The notes: generated by a model not told the origin, from the letters alone. 64,000 bases of DNA from an uncultured Pseudomonadota bacterium (GCA_963749075.1 CAVVLJ010000004.1:64001-128000), one strand, 5' to 3'. Shown: positions 1-10,418, counted from the stretch's first letter. A program made the numbers and translations.

Positions 1-50
1 GCTCGCCGCCGCCGTTCCACACCTTCGAGGAGCTGCCGACGGTCCGCTGA
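1..50 (+). CDS. ctaD: C-terminal end of cytochrome c oxidase subunit I (partial)
   Basis: Frame from nt 3 reads SPPPFHTFEELPTVR-stop, the typical CoxI C-terminus; lies directly upstream of heme O synthase. Confidence 0.85.
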   Translation, partial: SPPPFHTFEELPTVR

Positions 51-70
51 CGGCTTTGGAGAACGCTTAA

Positions 71-1057
71 GTGTCCGACGCCACCATCGAGCTCGAGCCG
101 CCGGCGTGCGCCGCACCGGCCGCACGGCACCGCGCCGCGCGCGAGGCGCCTGCCGCCGCCGCGGGGCGCGAGGATGCCCGCGTCGCCGACTATGCGCTCC
201 TCCTGAAGCCGCGCGTGATGTCGCTCGTGGTCTTCACCGGCTTCGTCGGGCTCTATCTCGCACCGGGCCACATCCACCCGGTGCTCGCCGCGATCGCCAT
301 CCTGGCGATCGCGATCGGCGCCGGTGCCGCCGGCGCCATCAACATGTGGTACGACCGCGACATCGACCGCCTGATGACGCGGACCATGAGGCGCCCGCTG
401 CCGGACGGGCGCATCTCGCCCGAGGCGGCACTCACGCTCGGCGTGATGCTCGCGATCGGCGCGGTCACGGTGATGGGCCTCGGCGTCAACTGTGCCGCGG
501 CGGCACTCCTCGCCCTCACCATCGCCTTCTACGTCTTCGTCTACACCGTGTGGCTCAAGCGCCGCACGCCGCAGAACATCGTGATCGGGGGTGCCGCGGG
601 CGCCTTCCCGCCCATGATCGGCTGGGCCGCGGTGAGCGGCCAAGTGAGCCTCGTCTCGCTGGCGCTCTTCGCCATGATCTTCATGTGGACGCCGCCGCAC
701 TTCTGGTCCCTGGCACTCTACCGCTCGGACGATTATGCGCGCGCTGGCGTTCCCATGCTGCCGGTGGTGGCCGGACGGCGGGAGACCAAGCGCCACATCC
801 TCCTCTATGCGGCACTCCTCCTGCCGGTGACGCTGCTGCCGTGGCTGCTCGGCGCGGTGGGCAGCCTCTATGGTGCCTTCGCCTTGCTGCTGGGCGGGCT
901 CTTCCTCCTCTGCGCGCTGCGCGTCTGGCGCGAGCCCGACGGAGCCGGCGACCGCGCCGCCCGGCAGATGTTCGGCTTCTCCATCCTCTATCTCTTCCTC
1001 CTCTTCGCGCTCATGGTGGTGGACCGCGTGGGGCAGGCGGTGCCCGGCCATGGCTGA
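71..1057 (+). CDS. cyoE: Protoheme IX farnesyltransferase (heme O synthase)
   Basis: [49 protein letters not shown] motifs. Confidence 0.96.
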   Translation: MSDATIELEPPACAAPAARHRAAREAPAAAAGREDARVADYALLLKPRVMSLVVFTGFVGLYLAPGHIHPVLAAIAILAIAIGAGAAGAINMWYDRDIDRLMTRTMRRPLPDGRISPEAALTLGVMLAIGAVTVMGLGVNCAAAALLALTIAFYVFVYTVWLKRRTPQNIVIGGAAGAFPPMIGWAAVSGQVSLVSLALFAMIFMWTPPHFWSLALYRSDDYARAGVPMLPVVAGRRETKRHILLYAALLLPVTLLPWLLGAVGSLYGAFALLLGGLFLLCALRVWREPDGAGDRAARQMFGFSILYLFLLFALMVVDRVGQAVPGHG

Positions 1058-1190
1058 GCCCCGGCTGCGGCCGCCCGAGGTCGAGCGCCGCATGCGCGCG
1101 CGCAACTGGGCCATCCTCGCCGTGCTGGCGGTGCTCGCGGTGCTGTTCTACGTCATGACCATCGTGCGCATGGGGGGGATGGCACCGTGA
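1050..1190 (+). CDS. Small single-TM cox operon protein (CoxF-like)
   Basis: [43 protein letters not shown]; overlaps cyoE stop and ctaG start, the usual position in alphaproteobacterial cox operons. Confidence 0.75.
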   Translation: MAEPRLRPPEVERRMRARNWAILAVLAVLAVLFYVMTIVRMGGMAP

Positions 1191-1819
1191 GCCGCCAGGT
1201 CGGGCGGCGCAAGGCCGCGACGGCAGCACTCCTCGGCGCACTCGTCGCCGGCATGGCCGCGCTCTCGTTCGCCGCCGTGCCGCTCTACCGCGCCTTCTGC
1301 CAGGCGACCGGTTTCGGCGGCACCACCCAGCGCGCCGAGGCGGCGCCAGGGATGGCAGCGGGGGCGGCAGCGGGCGCGGCTGCGGGTCGCCTCATCACGG
1401 TGCGCTTCGACTCGAACGTCGACGGCGACCTCCCCTGGCGCTTCGAGCCCGCGCAAGGGCCGGTCGCGGCCAAGGTGGGCGAGGCGACCACGGTGTTCTT
1501 CCGCGCGACCAATCTCTCGCGGCAGGCGGTCGTCGGGCAGGCGGCCTTCAATGTAACACCGCTCAAGGCCGGCCTCTATTTCGACAAGGTGCAATGCTTC
1601 TGCTTCAGCGAGCAGCGTCTCGCCGCGGGCGAGAGCGCCGACATGGCGGTGACCTTCTTCGTGAACCCGGACATGCTCACGGACCGCAACCTCGACGACG
1701 TGAATACGATCACGCTCTCCTATACCTTCTACCGCGATCGCGATGCGGAGAAGGCCGAGAGCCGGGCCGCGGGCGGGGGCGCAGGCACGGCCGCAGCGCC
1801 GCCGCCAAGGCTCGATTGA
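1187..1819 (+). CDS. ctaG: Cytochrome c oxidase assembly protein CtaG/Cox11
   Basis: AVPLYRAFCQATGFGGT and YFDKVQCFCFSEQ copper-binding motif. Confidence 0.96.
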   Translation: MSRQVGRRKAATAALLGALVAGMAALSFAAVPLYRAFCQATGFGGTTQRAEAAPGMAAGAAAGAAAGRLITVRFDSNVDGDLPWRFEPAQGPVAAKVGEATTVFFRATNLSRQAVVGQAAFNVTPLKAGLYFDKVQCFCFSEQRLAAGESADMAVTFFVNPDMLTDRNLDDVNTITLSYTFYRDRDAEKAESRAAGGGAGTAAAPPPRLD

Positions 1820-1879
1820 GGCGGGCGCGCGCGTCGCGACGAGGGACGAGACGAGAGACGAGGAGAGAGGACGAACACT

Positions 1880-2692
1880 ATGAGCGACAGCCACGCCGCC
1901 CATCACGCCAAGCATCCCTACCACCTCGTCCAGCCGAGCCCGTGGCCCGCGATGGGCGCCGTGGCGGCGTTCCTCGCCTTCGGCGGCGGCGTCATGTTCA
2001 TGCACAGCTACACGGGCGGCACCTGGATCATGGTGCTCGGCATGCTCCTCATCCTCGCCACCATGTTCCTCTGGTGGCGCGACGTGATCAACGAGGCCGA
2101 GTTCAAGGGCGACCACACGCCCGTGGTGGCGCTCAGCCACCGCTACGGCATGGCGCTCTTCATCGCCTCGGAGGTGATGTTCTTCGTCGCCTTCTTCTGG
2201 GCCTTCTTCAACGCGAGCCTCTACCCGACGGCGGCGATCGGCGGGGTGTGGCCGCCCAAGAACATCCATCCCTTCGATGCCTTCGACCTGCCGTTCCTCA
2301 ATACCCTCATCCTCCTGACCTCGGGCGCCACGGTGACCTGGGCGCACCATTCGCTGAGGGAGAACAACCGCCGCGACACGCTGCGCGGCCTGGCGCTCAC
2401 CATCCTCCTCGGCATCTCCTTCACCTGCGTGCAGGCCTGGGAATATTCCCACGCGCCCTTCAGCTTCGGGGGCGGCATCTACCCCTCGACCTTCTTCATG
2501 GCGACGGGCTTCCACGGCTTCCACGTGATCATCGGCACCACCTTCCTCATCGTCTGCTTCTTCCGCACGCTCAAGGGCCACTTCAAGCCCGACCACCACG
2601 TGGGCTTCGAGGCCGCGGCGTGGTACTGGCACTTCGTCGACGTGGTGTGGCTCTTCCTCTTCACCTGCATCTACTGGTGGGGCGGGAGCTAG
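1880..2692 (+). CDS. coxC: Cytochrome c oxidase subunit III
   Basis: HPYHLV.PSPWP, FIASEVMFF, ATGFHGFHV, AAWYWHFVDVVW. Confidence 0.97.
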   Translation: MSDSHAAHHAKHPYHLVQPSPWPAMGAVAAFLAFGGGVMFMHSYTGGTWIMVLGMLLILATMFLWWRDVINEAEFKGDHTPVVALSHRYGMALFIASEVMFFVAFFWAFFNASLYPTAAIGGVWPPKNIHPFDAFDLPFLNTLILLTSGATVTWAHHSLRENNRRDTLRGLALTILLGISFTCVQAWEYSHAPFSFGGGIYPSTFFMATGFHGFHVIIGTTFLIVCFFRTLKGHFKPDHHVGFEAAAWYWHFVDVVWLFLFTCIYWWGGS

Positions 2693-2720
2693 AGGGGAAG
2701 GACCGCAGGAGGATCCGCGC

Positions 2721-3089
2721 ACGTCCGAGCGTCCGCCCATCTCGCCCTTCCGCGCCGGGCTCGCCTGCCGCTGCCCCGCTTGCGGCTTGGGCCCGGTCTT
2801 CGTCGGCTTCCTCACGGTCGCCGAGCGCTGCAGCGTGTGCGGCGAGGACCTCTCGAGCGAGGACAGCGGCGACGGCCCGGCCGTCTTCGTCGTCCTCATC
2901 CTCGGCTTCGTCGTGGTAGCACTCGCCCTCGTCGTCGAGGTCAACTACCAGCCGCCGCTCTGGCTCCACGCGCTCATCTGGCCGCCGGTCATCCTCGGCG
3001 GAGCACTCCTCCTCCTCCGCCCCTTCAAGGCGACGATGATAGCACTCCAGTACAAGCACAAGACCCACGAGCGCGGGCACGGGGCTTAG
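2721..3089 (+). CDS. DUF983 family membrane protein (start uncertain, possibly ACG)
   Basis: Frame reads GLACRCPACG...CSVCGEDL...DSGDGPAVF...LRPFKA.MIALQY; conserved position between coxC and SURF1. Confidence 0.8.
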   Translation, partial: TSERPPISPFRAGLACRCPACGLGPVFVGFLTVAERCSVCGEDLSSEDSGDGPAVFVVLILGFVVVALALVVEVNYQPPLWLHALIWPPVILGGALLLLRPFKATMIALQYKHKTHERGHGA

Positions 3090-3120
3090 CTTCGCGCCGC
3101 GGCGTATTAGATAGAAGCCC

Positions 3121-3873
3121 ATGCCCTTCCGCCCCACCCTCGTGCCGACGCTCTTCACCGTTCCGGCGCTCATCCTCCTCGTCGGGCTCGGCACCTGGCA
3201 GGTGGAGCGCCTCCATTGGAAGGAGGGCCTGATCGCCGAGCGCACGTCGCGCTCGTCCGGGCCGCCGATCCCGCTACCGGCCGACGCGGCGCCGGCTGCG
3301 AGCTACGAGTTCAGCAAGACGCGCGCCCTTGGGCGCCTCCTCAACGACAAGGAGATGTTTCTCGCCGCCCGCTCGCTCAACGGCAATGTGGGCTATCAGG
3401 TGGTGACGCCATTCGTGCTCGCCGACGGCAGCGCCGTGCTCGTCGACCGCGGCTGGATCCCGAGCGAGCTCAAGGAGCCGGCGACGCGTGCGGCGGGCGA
3501 GCTCGCGGGCGAGGTCGCGATCGAGGGCCTCTTGCGCGGCAGCGAGACGAAGAGCTGGCTCGTCCCCGACAACGAGCCGCAGAATAACGTGTGGTTCTAC
3601 GTCGACGTGCCGGCGATGGTGCGCTGGGCCGGGCTCGCGCGCGTGCGGCCCTATTTCATCGAGGCGGGGCCGGCGCCCAACCCCGGCGGCTATCCCATCG
3701 GCGGGCAGAGCCACATCGAGCTCCCCAACAACCACCTGCAATACGCCTTCACCTGGTACTCCTTCGCCGTCTCGCTCGCGGTCATCTACGTGCTCTATCA
3801 TCGCAATCTCGCCCGCGAGGAGGCGCTTAAGGCGGCGGCCGCGGCCAAGGACGCGGAGATCAAGGAGGCCTGA
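3121..3873 (+). CDS. SURF1 family cytochrome oxidase biogenesis protein
   Basis: LGTWQVERLHWK, VDRGW, NNHLQYAFTWY. Confidence 0.95.
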   Translation: MPFRPTLVPTLFTVPALILLVGLGTWQVERLHWKEGLIAERTSRSSGPPIPLPADAAPAASYEFSKTRALGRLLNDKEMFLAARSLNGNVGYQVVTPFVLADGSAVLVDRGWIPSELKEPATRAAGELAGEVAIEGLLRGSETKSWLVPDNEPQNNVWFYVDVPAMVRWAGLARVRPYFIEAGPAPNPGGYPIGGQSHIELPNNHLQYAFTWYSFAVSLAVIYVLYHRNLAREEALKAAAAAKDAEIKEA

Positions 3874-5363
3874 TGCCCGCCTACCAGGAGCTCGAAGGGC
3901 ACTTCCGCCGCATCACCAACCTGCGCAACGCCGTCGCCATGCTGCAGTGGGACCTGGCCGTCATGATGCCCGAGGGCGGCCGCGAGGCGCGCGCCGAGGA
4001 GGTGGCGACGCTCCGCGTCCTCGCCCACGAGCTCCTCACGGATGCCCGCGCCGCGGCACTCCTCGACGAGGCTGAGGAGGGTGCCGCGGCGCTGTCACCC
4101 TGGCCGGCTGCCAACCTCGCCGGGATGCGGCGGCAGTGGGTGCATGCGAGCGCTCTCGACGCGCGGCTCGTCGAGGCGCTCTCCAAGGCGAACGCGGCCT
4201 GCGAGGCGCTCTGGCGCGAGGCGCGGCCGAGAAGCGACTTCGCCCTCGTCAAGCCGCAGCTCGAGACGGTCGTGGGTCTCGTCCGCGAGACGGCGCAAGC
4301 CAAGGCGGCGAAGCTCGCCTGCTCGCCCTACGACGCGCTCCTCGACGAATGGGAGCCGGGCGGGCGTGCGGTCGAGATCGACCGCCTCTTCGAGCCGCTC
4401 GCGGCCTTCCTCCGCCCCTTCCTCGAGGCGGTGCTCGAGCATCAGGCCACGGCCCCGCCGCCCGCCGAGCCCGCGGGCCCCTTCCCGCTCGAGCGGCAGC
4501 GGGCGCTCTGCGAGAGGCTCATGGCCACCCTCGGCTTCGAGTTCCGCCACGGGCGCCTCGACGTGAGCCTGCATCCCTTCTGCGGCGGCACCCCCGACGA
4601 CGTGCGCATCACCACGCGCTACGACGAGGCCGAGTTCACCCAGAGCCTGATGGGAGTGCTGCACGAGACCGGCCACGCGCTCTACGAGCGCGGGCTGCCG
4701 GCCGCCTGGCGCTACCAGCCGGTCGGCGAGGCGCGCGGCATGAGCGTGCACGAGAGCCAGTCGCTCTTGATGGAGATGCAGGCCTGCCGCAGCCGCGAGT
4801 TCCTCGCCTATCTGGCGCCCCTCGCGAGGGCCGCCTTCGGCGTCGATGGAGCCGCCTGGGAGGCGGACAATCTCTACCGCCTCTATACCCGCGTCGAGCG
4901 CAGCCTCATCCGCGTCGAGGCCGACGAGGTGAGCTACCCGGCCCACGTCATCCTGCGCTACCGGCTCGAGCGCGCCATCCTCGCGGGCGAGCTCTCGTTG
5001 GCCGACCTGCCGGGCGCCTGGTCGGACGGCATGGCGGAGCTCCTCGGCGTCCGCCCGCCCGACGACCGCCGCGGCTGCCTCCAGGACATCCACTGGTACG
5101 ACGGCGCCTGGGGCTATTTCCCGACCTATACGCTCGGCGCCATGACCGCGGCCCAGCTCTTCGCCGCCGCCAAGCGCGCCAATCCCGGCATACCTGCTGC
5201 GATCGCGCGAGGCGACTTCGCCCCTCTCCTCGCCTGGCTGCGCCCCAACGTGCACGCCAAGGCGTCGCTCCTCCCCACGCGCGAGCTCATCCGCGAGGCC
5301 ACGGGAAGCCCGCTCGATCCCGCCGTCTTCGAGCGGCATCTCACGGAGCGCTATCTGAGCTGA
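3873..5363 (+). CDS. Carboxypeptidase M32 (Taq family)
   Basis: HPF, DVRITTRY, HETGHALYE, HESQ, IRVEADE, GYFPTY. Confidence 0.95.
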   Translation: MPAYQELEGHFRRITNLRNAVAMLQWDLAVMMPEGGREARAEEVATLRVLAHELLTDARAAALLDEAEEGAAALSPWPAANLAGMRRQWVHASALDARLVEALSKANAACEALWREARPRSDFALVKPQLETVVGLVRETAQAKAAKLACSPYDALLDEWEPGGRAVEIDRLFEPLAAFLRPFLEAVLEHQATAPPPAEPAGPFPLERQRALCERLMATLGFEFRHGRLDVSLHPFCGGTPDDVRITTRYDEAEFTQSLMGVLHETGHALYERGLPAAWRYQPVGEARGMSVHESQSLLMEMQACRSREFLAYLAPLARAAFGVDGAAWEADNLYRLYTRVERSLIRVEADEVSYPAHVILRYRLERAILAGELSLADLPGAWSDGMAELLGVRPPDDRRGCLQDIHWYDGAWGYFPTYTLGAMTAAQLFAAAKRANPGIPAAIARGDFAPLLAWLRPNVHAKASLLPTRELIREATGSPLDPAVFERHLTERYLS

Positions 5364-5393
5364 GCGGCCGACGGCGGCCGCGCGGAGGAGCTC

Positions 5394-5693
5394 GTGCAGT
5401 CGGGCGCTGCGATCCTCGTCAACGTCCTCATCCTGCCCTTCGCCGTCGCCCTGCCGCTTGCCATGGTGGCGCTCCCCATCCTCGCGGCGCGGAGGTGGCG
5501 GGGCGCCTGGCGCTACTTGGCGCTCCTCTCCCTGGCCCCGCTCGCCGTCTGCGTCGCGCGCATCGTGGTGGACACCGCGCGCGACCCCACCTCGCACAAT
5601 CTCTTTCCCCTCGAGATCCTGATGTGGGGCGGCTCGGGCCTCCTCTTCGTCGCGTTCCTCTGGCTGCTGCGCATCGTCCTCGCGGTGAGGTGA
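5394..5693 (+). CDS. Small hypothetical membrane protein
   Basis: GGAGGAG RBS before GTG; three hydrophobic segments and a DPTSHNLFP motif. Confidence 0.65.
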   Translation: MQSGAAILVNVLILPFAVALPLAMVALPILAARRWRGAWRYLALLSLAPLAVCVARIVVDTARDPTSHNLFPLEILMWGGSGLLFVAFLWLLRIVLAVR

Positions 5694-5739
5694 CGGGCGG
5701 CGTTGGCGCTCCTTGAGCTGAGGCGGTGCGTGCGCCGGC

Positions 5740-6045
5740 TCAGGCGGCGCGCTCGGCGCTGATCCGCCTCGCGTCCTCGGGCTTCAGCTTCCGCCGCGCC
5801 ATCTTGAGGTCGTGGTGGGCCTGGAGGTTCATCCAGAACTCGGGACTGTTGCCGAAATAGAGGCCCAGCCTGAGCGCCGTGCCGGCCGTGATGCGCCGGC
5901 GGTTGTTGACGATCTCGGCGATGCGGTTGGGCGAGATGCCGACCGCCTTGGCAAGCCGGTTCTGCGACAAGCCGTACGCGGCGAGGAATTCATCTTTCAG
6001 CATTTCGCCCGGGTGACCGGGGCAAACTCGTTCTCGGCCATCCAC
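5740..6045 (-). CDS. higA: HigA family antitoxin (no adjacent toxin)
   Basis: HPGEML.DEFL, LSQNRLA, RRIT..TALRL..YFG.SPEFWMNLQ. Confidence 0.88.
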   Translation of the reverse strand: MDGRERVCPGHPGEMLKDEFLAAYGLSQNRLAKAVGISPNRIAEIVNNRRRITAGTALRLGLYFGNSPEFWMNLQAHHDLKMARRKLKPEDARRISAERAA

Positions 6046-6100
6046 GACTTGCCGGGAGCGCCGCAGACGTGGATGCGCGGGTCATGCCCGCGCATGACGG
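6035..6100. repeat. REP-like palindromic element (partial)
   Basis: CGGCCATCCACG...CGTGGATG followed by hairpin ATGCGCGGG-tcatg-CCCGCGCAT, resembling intergenic repeats common in alphaproteobacteria. Confidence 0.6.
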
Positions 6101-6192
6101 TGTAAACTGGGTTCAAATGGCAGAATCTCTATACTGGACCGCCCGGCCACGCGCCTCCTAGAGTGGCGCCTCTTTGGCGAGGAACCCCGGCT

Positions 6193-7599
6193 TTGCGCTA
6201 CATCAGCACCCGCGGCGAGGCTGAGCCGCTCGGCTTCGAGGACGTGCTCCTGGCGGGGCTCGCCCGCGACGGCGGGCTCTATGTGCCCGAGGCCTGGCCG
6301 CACCTCGCGCCCGGCGACATCAGAGGCCTCCGCGGCCTCCCCTATCCCGAGCTTGCGGCTCGCGTCATGCTGCCCTTCCTCGGCGGCTCCATCGCTGAGG
6401 GAACCTTCGCGGCCATCGTGCGCGAGGCCTACGCCGGCTTCGACCACAAGGCGGTCGCTCCCTTGAAGCAGCTCGGCGCCGGCGAGTGGCTCATGGAGCT
6501 CTTCCATGGGCCCACGCTCGCCTTCAAGGACATCGCACTCCAGCTCGTGGGCCGCCTCTTCGACCACGTGCTCAAGCGGCGCGGCGAGCGCGTCACCATC
6601 ATCGGCGCCACCTCGGGCGACACCGGCTCGGCCGCGATCGAGGCGTTGAAGGGCAGCACAGCGATCGACATCTTCATCCTCCATCCCAAAGGCCGCGTCT
6701 CCGAGGTGCAGCGACGCCAGATGACGACGGTCGCCGCCGCCAACGTGTGGAACATCGCAATCGAGGGCAGCTTCGACGACTGCCAGGATCTGGTGAAGGG
6801 CATGTTCAACGACCGGCCCTTCCGCGAGGCCCACCGCCTCTCCGCGGTCAATTCGATCAACTGGGCGCGCATCATGGCGCAGATCCCTTATTACATATGG
6901 GCCGCGGTGTCGCTTGGCGCGCCCGAGCACGGGCTCGCCTTCGCCGTGCCCACGGGCAATTTCGGCAACGTCTACGCGGCCTACGCGGCGCGCCGCATGG
7001 GCTTGCCCATTGCCCAGCTCGTCGTCGGCTCCAACCGCAACGACATCCTGACGCGCTTCTTCTCAACCGGCACCATGGCGCTCGAGCCCGTGGTGGCGAC
7101 CCTCTCGCCGAGCATGGACATCCAGGTCTCGAGCAACTTCGAGCGCCTGCTCTTCGATCTCCTCTGCGGCGACGGGCGCAAGGTGGCCGCCGCACTCGAG
7201 CGCCGACGCAACGAGCGCGGCTTCGTGCTCGAGCGCCCGGCGTGGCAGGAGGCGCTCAAGCTCTTCTCCGGCTACAGCCTCGACGACGAAGCGACCAAGG
7301 CCACCATCGCCGAGCTCTATCGCTCGACCGGCGAGCTCCTCGATCCGCACAGCGCCATCGGCGTCGCCGCCGGCCGCGCCAGGCGCAAGGATCGAGTTGT
7401 CCCCATGGTCTATCTTGCAACCGCACATCCGGCCAAGTTTCCCGACGCCGTCGCAGCCGCCGCGGGGGTGCGCCCGACGCCGCCCCCCCAACTCGCCGCC
7501 CTGGACGGCTTGCCGGAGAAATATTCCATACTTTCCAATAACTTGAGCGAAATCGAGGGTTTTGTGCGGGCTAGTCTCGCCATGCATGGCGCGGCCTAG
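6193..7599 (+). CDS. thrC: Threonine synthase
   Basis: RYISTRG, ELFHGPTLAFKD (PLP lysine), ATSGDTG, NSINWARI, VPTGNFGN, TAHPAKF. Confidence 0.97.
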   Translation: MRYISTRGEAEPLGFEDVLLAGLARDGGLYVPEAWPHLAPGDIRGLRGLPYPELAARVMLPFLGGSIAEGTFAAIVREAYAGFDHKAVAPLKQLGAGEWLMELFHGPTLAFKDIALQLVGRLFDHVLKRRGERVTIIGATSGDTGSAAIEALKGSTAIDIFILHPKGRVSEVQRRQMTTVAAANVWNIAIEGSFDDCQDLVKGMFNDRPFREAHRLSAVNSINWARIMAQIPYYIWAAVSLGAPEHGLAFAVPTGNFGNVYAAYAARRMGLPIAQLVVGSNRNDILTRFFSTGTMALEPVVATLSPSMDIQVSSNFERLLFDLLCGDGRKVAAALERRRNERGFVLERPAWQEALKLFSGYSLDDEATKATIAELYRSTGELLDPHSAIGVAAGRARRKDRVVPMVYLATAHPAKFPDAVAAAAGVRPTPPPQLAALDGLPEKYSILSNNLSEIEGFVRASLAMHGAA

Positions 7600-7767
7600 A
7601 GTCATCTCATCTCGCCTGTACACCTTTGCCCCGATCCCGGCATATGATAGCAAGCGAAGCGCCGGGGCGGCGGGCGGCCCTCACCTCTAAGTCATTGTAC
7701 CGAAAGGATTATAGGAAACATGGCTGGCTTGCATTTGCTTCAGCCAAAGGCCCAGGAGGGGCCGGCG

Positions 7768-9024
7768 ATGGAGGTCGAGACCACGGTTTTGGCCAACGGT
7801 CTCACGGTGATGAGCGACCGCATGGAGTCGGTCGAGACGGTTTCGCTCGGCGTCTGGGTGAGTGCCGGCACGCGCTACGAGGTGCCGGAGCAGAGCGGCG
7901 TCTCCCACCTCCTCGAGCATATGGCGTTCAAGGGCACCGAGCGGCGCTCGGCGCGCGCCATCGCCGAGGAGATCGAGGCCGTGGGCGGCCAGCTCAACGC
8001 CTATACCGCGCGCGAGGTCACCGCCTATTACGCCAAGGTGCTCAAGGAGGACATCTCGCTCGCCGTCGATATTCTCGCCGACATCCTGCAGCACTCGGCG
8101 ATGGACGAGGAGGAGCTCGCGCGCGAGCGTGCCGTGGTGTTGCAGGAGATCGGCCAGGCCAACGACACGCCGGACGACATCATCTTCGATTATTTCCAGG
8201 AGACGGCGTTCCCCGGGCAGCCGCTCGGCCGCCCCGTTCTGGGCAGCGCCGAGGTCGTCGAGCGCGTGCCGCGCGACGTGCTGCTCGCCTATATGGGGCA
8301 CCATTACGGGCCGCGCCGCATGGTGCTGGCCGCCTCCGGCAAGCTCGAGCACGCGCGGCTCGTCGAGCTCGCGGGCGAGGCCTTTTCCGCCCTCCCGCCC
8401 GCGGCCCCGCCGCCGCCCGAAAGCGGGGCTTACGCGGGCGGCAGCTTCCGCTCGGACAAGGAGCTCGAGCAGGTCCACCTCGTGATCGGGCTCGAGGGGC
8501 TCTCCCACCACGACCCGGACTATTACGCGCTCCAGGTGTTCTCGACCCTCCTCGGCGGCGGCATGTCCTCGCGCCTCTTCCAGGAGGTGCGCGAGAAGCG
8601 CGGCCTCGTCTATACCATCCACTCCTTCGCCTCGAGCTTCGCCGACTGCGGGCTCTTCGGCATCTATGCCGGCACCGGCGAGGCGGAGGTGGCCGAGCTC
8701 GTGCCCGTGGTCTGCGAGGAGCTCGCCCGCGCCGGCTCGGAGGCGAGCGAAGTGGAGATCGCCCGCGCCACGGCGCAGCTGCGCGCCGGCATTCTCATGG
8801 GCCTCGAGAGCCCGGGCTCGCGCTGCGAGCAGATCGCCCAGCAGATGCTGGTCTTCGGCCGGGCCATCCCGACGAGCGAGACGATCCGCAAGATCGAGGC
8901 GGTGGACAAGGCCGCCGTCGCGCGCGTGGCGCGCCGCCTGATCGCCTCACGGCCGACGGTCGCGGCACTCGGGCCGCTGTCCCGGCTCGAATCTTATGAT
9001 ACCCTGGTTGCGAGGCTGGCGTAG
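7768..9024 (+). CDS. M16 family (pitrilysin-like) zinc peptidase
   Basis: HLLEHMAFKGT inverted zinc motif, GGGMSSRLFQEVREKRGL; AGGAGG RBS. Confidence 0.95.
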   Translation: MEVETTVLANGLTVMSDRMESVETVSLGVWVSAGTRYEVPEQSGVSHLLEHMAFKGTERRSARAIAEEIEAVGGQLNAYTAREVTAYYAKVLKEDISLAVDILADILQHSAMDEEELARERAVVLQEIGQANDTPDDIIFDYFQETAFPGQPLGRPVLGSAEVVERVPRDVLLAYMGHHYGPRRMVLAASGKLEHARLVELAGEAFSALPPAAPPPPESGAYAGGSFRSDKELEQVHLVIGLEGLSHHDPDYYALQVFSTLLGGGMSSRLFQEVREKRGLVYTIHSFASSFADCGLFGIYAGTGEAEVAELVPVVCEELARAGSEASEVEIARATAQLRAGILMGLESPGSRCEQIAQQMLVFGRAIPTSETIRKIEAVDKAAVARVARRLIASRPTVAALGPLSRLESYDTLVARLA

Positions 9025-9191
9025 GTCTGGGAACCCCCGATGAATGCTGCGGCCCCCGCGCCGTTCCTCCCGCCCGAGAAGGCGGGGAAAATACATAGCA
9101 TGGCTAAAGACGCCTCACCGCCCGAGCGGGCGGGCGGGGCGGATGCGGCGCGCGCACCGAGGATCGCGGATGCCGGCCGCGGCGGCGGGCC

Positions 9192-9809
9192 ATGCGCCTC
9201 CTGAGGCCGCTCTCCGGATCGCCGCCGGCGCCGGCCCGGCTCGCGGGCCGGCGCCTCTATCTGCGCCAGCCCGAGGACCGCGATTGGCGGGCCTGGGCCG
9301 ATCTGCGCGAGCTCTCGCGCGATTTCCTGGTGCCGTGGGAGCCGAGCTGGCCGCCCGACGCGCTCTCGCGCGAGAGCTTCCGCCGGCGCCTGCGCCGCTA
9401 CGGCATGGACTGGCGCGAGGACGCGGGCTACAGCTTCTTCATCTTCCGCTTGGGCGACAACGCGCTCCTCGGCGGTGCTACGCTCGGCAACGTGCGGCGC
9501 GGCGTCGCCCAGTCGGCCACGCTCGGCTACTGGATCGGCGAGCCGCACGCGCGCCAGGGCTATATGAGCGACGCCATCCGCTCGACCGTCGTCTTCGCCT
9601 TCGCGAGCCTTCAGCTCCACCGTCTCGAGGCGGCGTGCCTGCCGAGCAATGAAGCGAGCCAGGGTGTCTTGCGCAAGCTCGGCTTCAGGCGGGAGGGCTA
9701 TGCCGAGAAATATCTGCGCATCAACGGCGCCTGGTGCGACCACCTGCTCTTTGCGCTCCTCGCGGAGGAGGCGGGCTATCATCATCCGCCGGAGCGGGCC
9801 TATGAATAG
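9192..9809 (+). CDS. rimJ: RimJ-like GNAT N-acetyltransferase
   Basis: FLVPWEP.W, RRGVAQSATLGYWIG, LHRLEAACLPSN, YLRING.W.DH. Confidence 0.88.
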   Translation: MRLLRPLSGSPPAPARLAGRRLYLRQPEDRDWRAWADLRELSRDFLVPWEPSWPPDALSRESFRRRLRRYGMDWREDAGYSFFIFRLGDNALLGGATLGNVRRGVAQSATLGYWIGEPHARQGYMSDAIRSTVVFAFASLQLHRLEAACLPSNEASQGVLRKLGFRREGYAEKYLRINGAWCDHLLFALLAEEAGYHHPPERAYE

Positions 9810-9833
9810 CGGGCGTACGAGCGACGGGCGGCC

Positions 9834-10418
9834 TCAGGCGTGGCCGGCGGCACCCGAGAGCATGCTGGAATCGACGCCGAGCTTGCTCATGGCGCGCGTC
9901 CATTTGGTGTCGAGCTCGCCGTCGAACACCAGCGCCTCGTCGGCCTGCACGTTGAGCCAGCCGTTGGCGTGGATCTCCTCCTCGAGCTGGCCCGGAGCCC
10001 AGCCGGCGTAGCCGAGCGCCAGGAGCGAGCGGCGCGGGCCGCGGCCTTCGGCGATCGCCTTGAGGATATCGACCGAGGCAGTCAGCGCCACCGCCTCGTC
10101 GACGGGGAGCGTGCCGTCGCTGCGGAAGTCGGAGGAATGCAGCACGAAGCCGCGCCCGGCCTCGACCGGTCCGCCGAAATGGACGCGCACGTCGTGCTCG
10201 ACACGGTGCGACTCGATGCCGATCTGCTCGAGGAGCTCGGGGAAGGTCAGCTGATCGAGCAGCCGGTTGATGACCAGGCCCATGGCGCCCTTCGAGCTAT
10301 GGGCGCACATATAGACGATGCTGCGCGCGAAGCGTGGGTCCTGCATCGTCGGCATGGCGATGAGGAGCTGGCTCGCAAGATAGCCCGACGTGGTGCCGCG
10401 AAGCGTCATAGCTTTCAC
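9834..10418 (-). CDS. YqgE/AlgH (UPF0301) family protein
   Basis: LLIAMP.M.DPRF, GGPVE..RGFVLHS, LGYAGW.PGQLE.E. Confidence 0.95.
   Translation of the reverse strand: MKAMTLRGTTSGYLASQLLIAMPTMQDPRFARSIVYMCAHSSKGAMGLVINRLLDQLTFPELLEQIGIESHRVEHDVRVHFGGPVEAGRGFVLHSSDFRSDGTLPVDEAVALTASVDILKAIAEGRGPRRSLLALGYAGWAPGQLEEEIHANGWLNVQADEALVFDGELDTKWTRAMSKLGVDSSMLSGAAGHA

Noticed and set aside
1838-1876. Purine-rich GACGAG-like repeats before coxC
   Set aside because: Short, irregular low-complexity RBS region; no repeat-spacer structure, not CRISPR.
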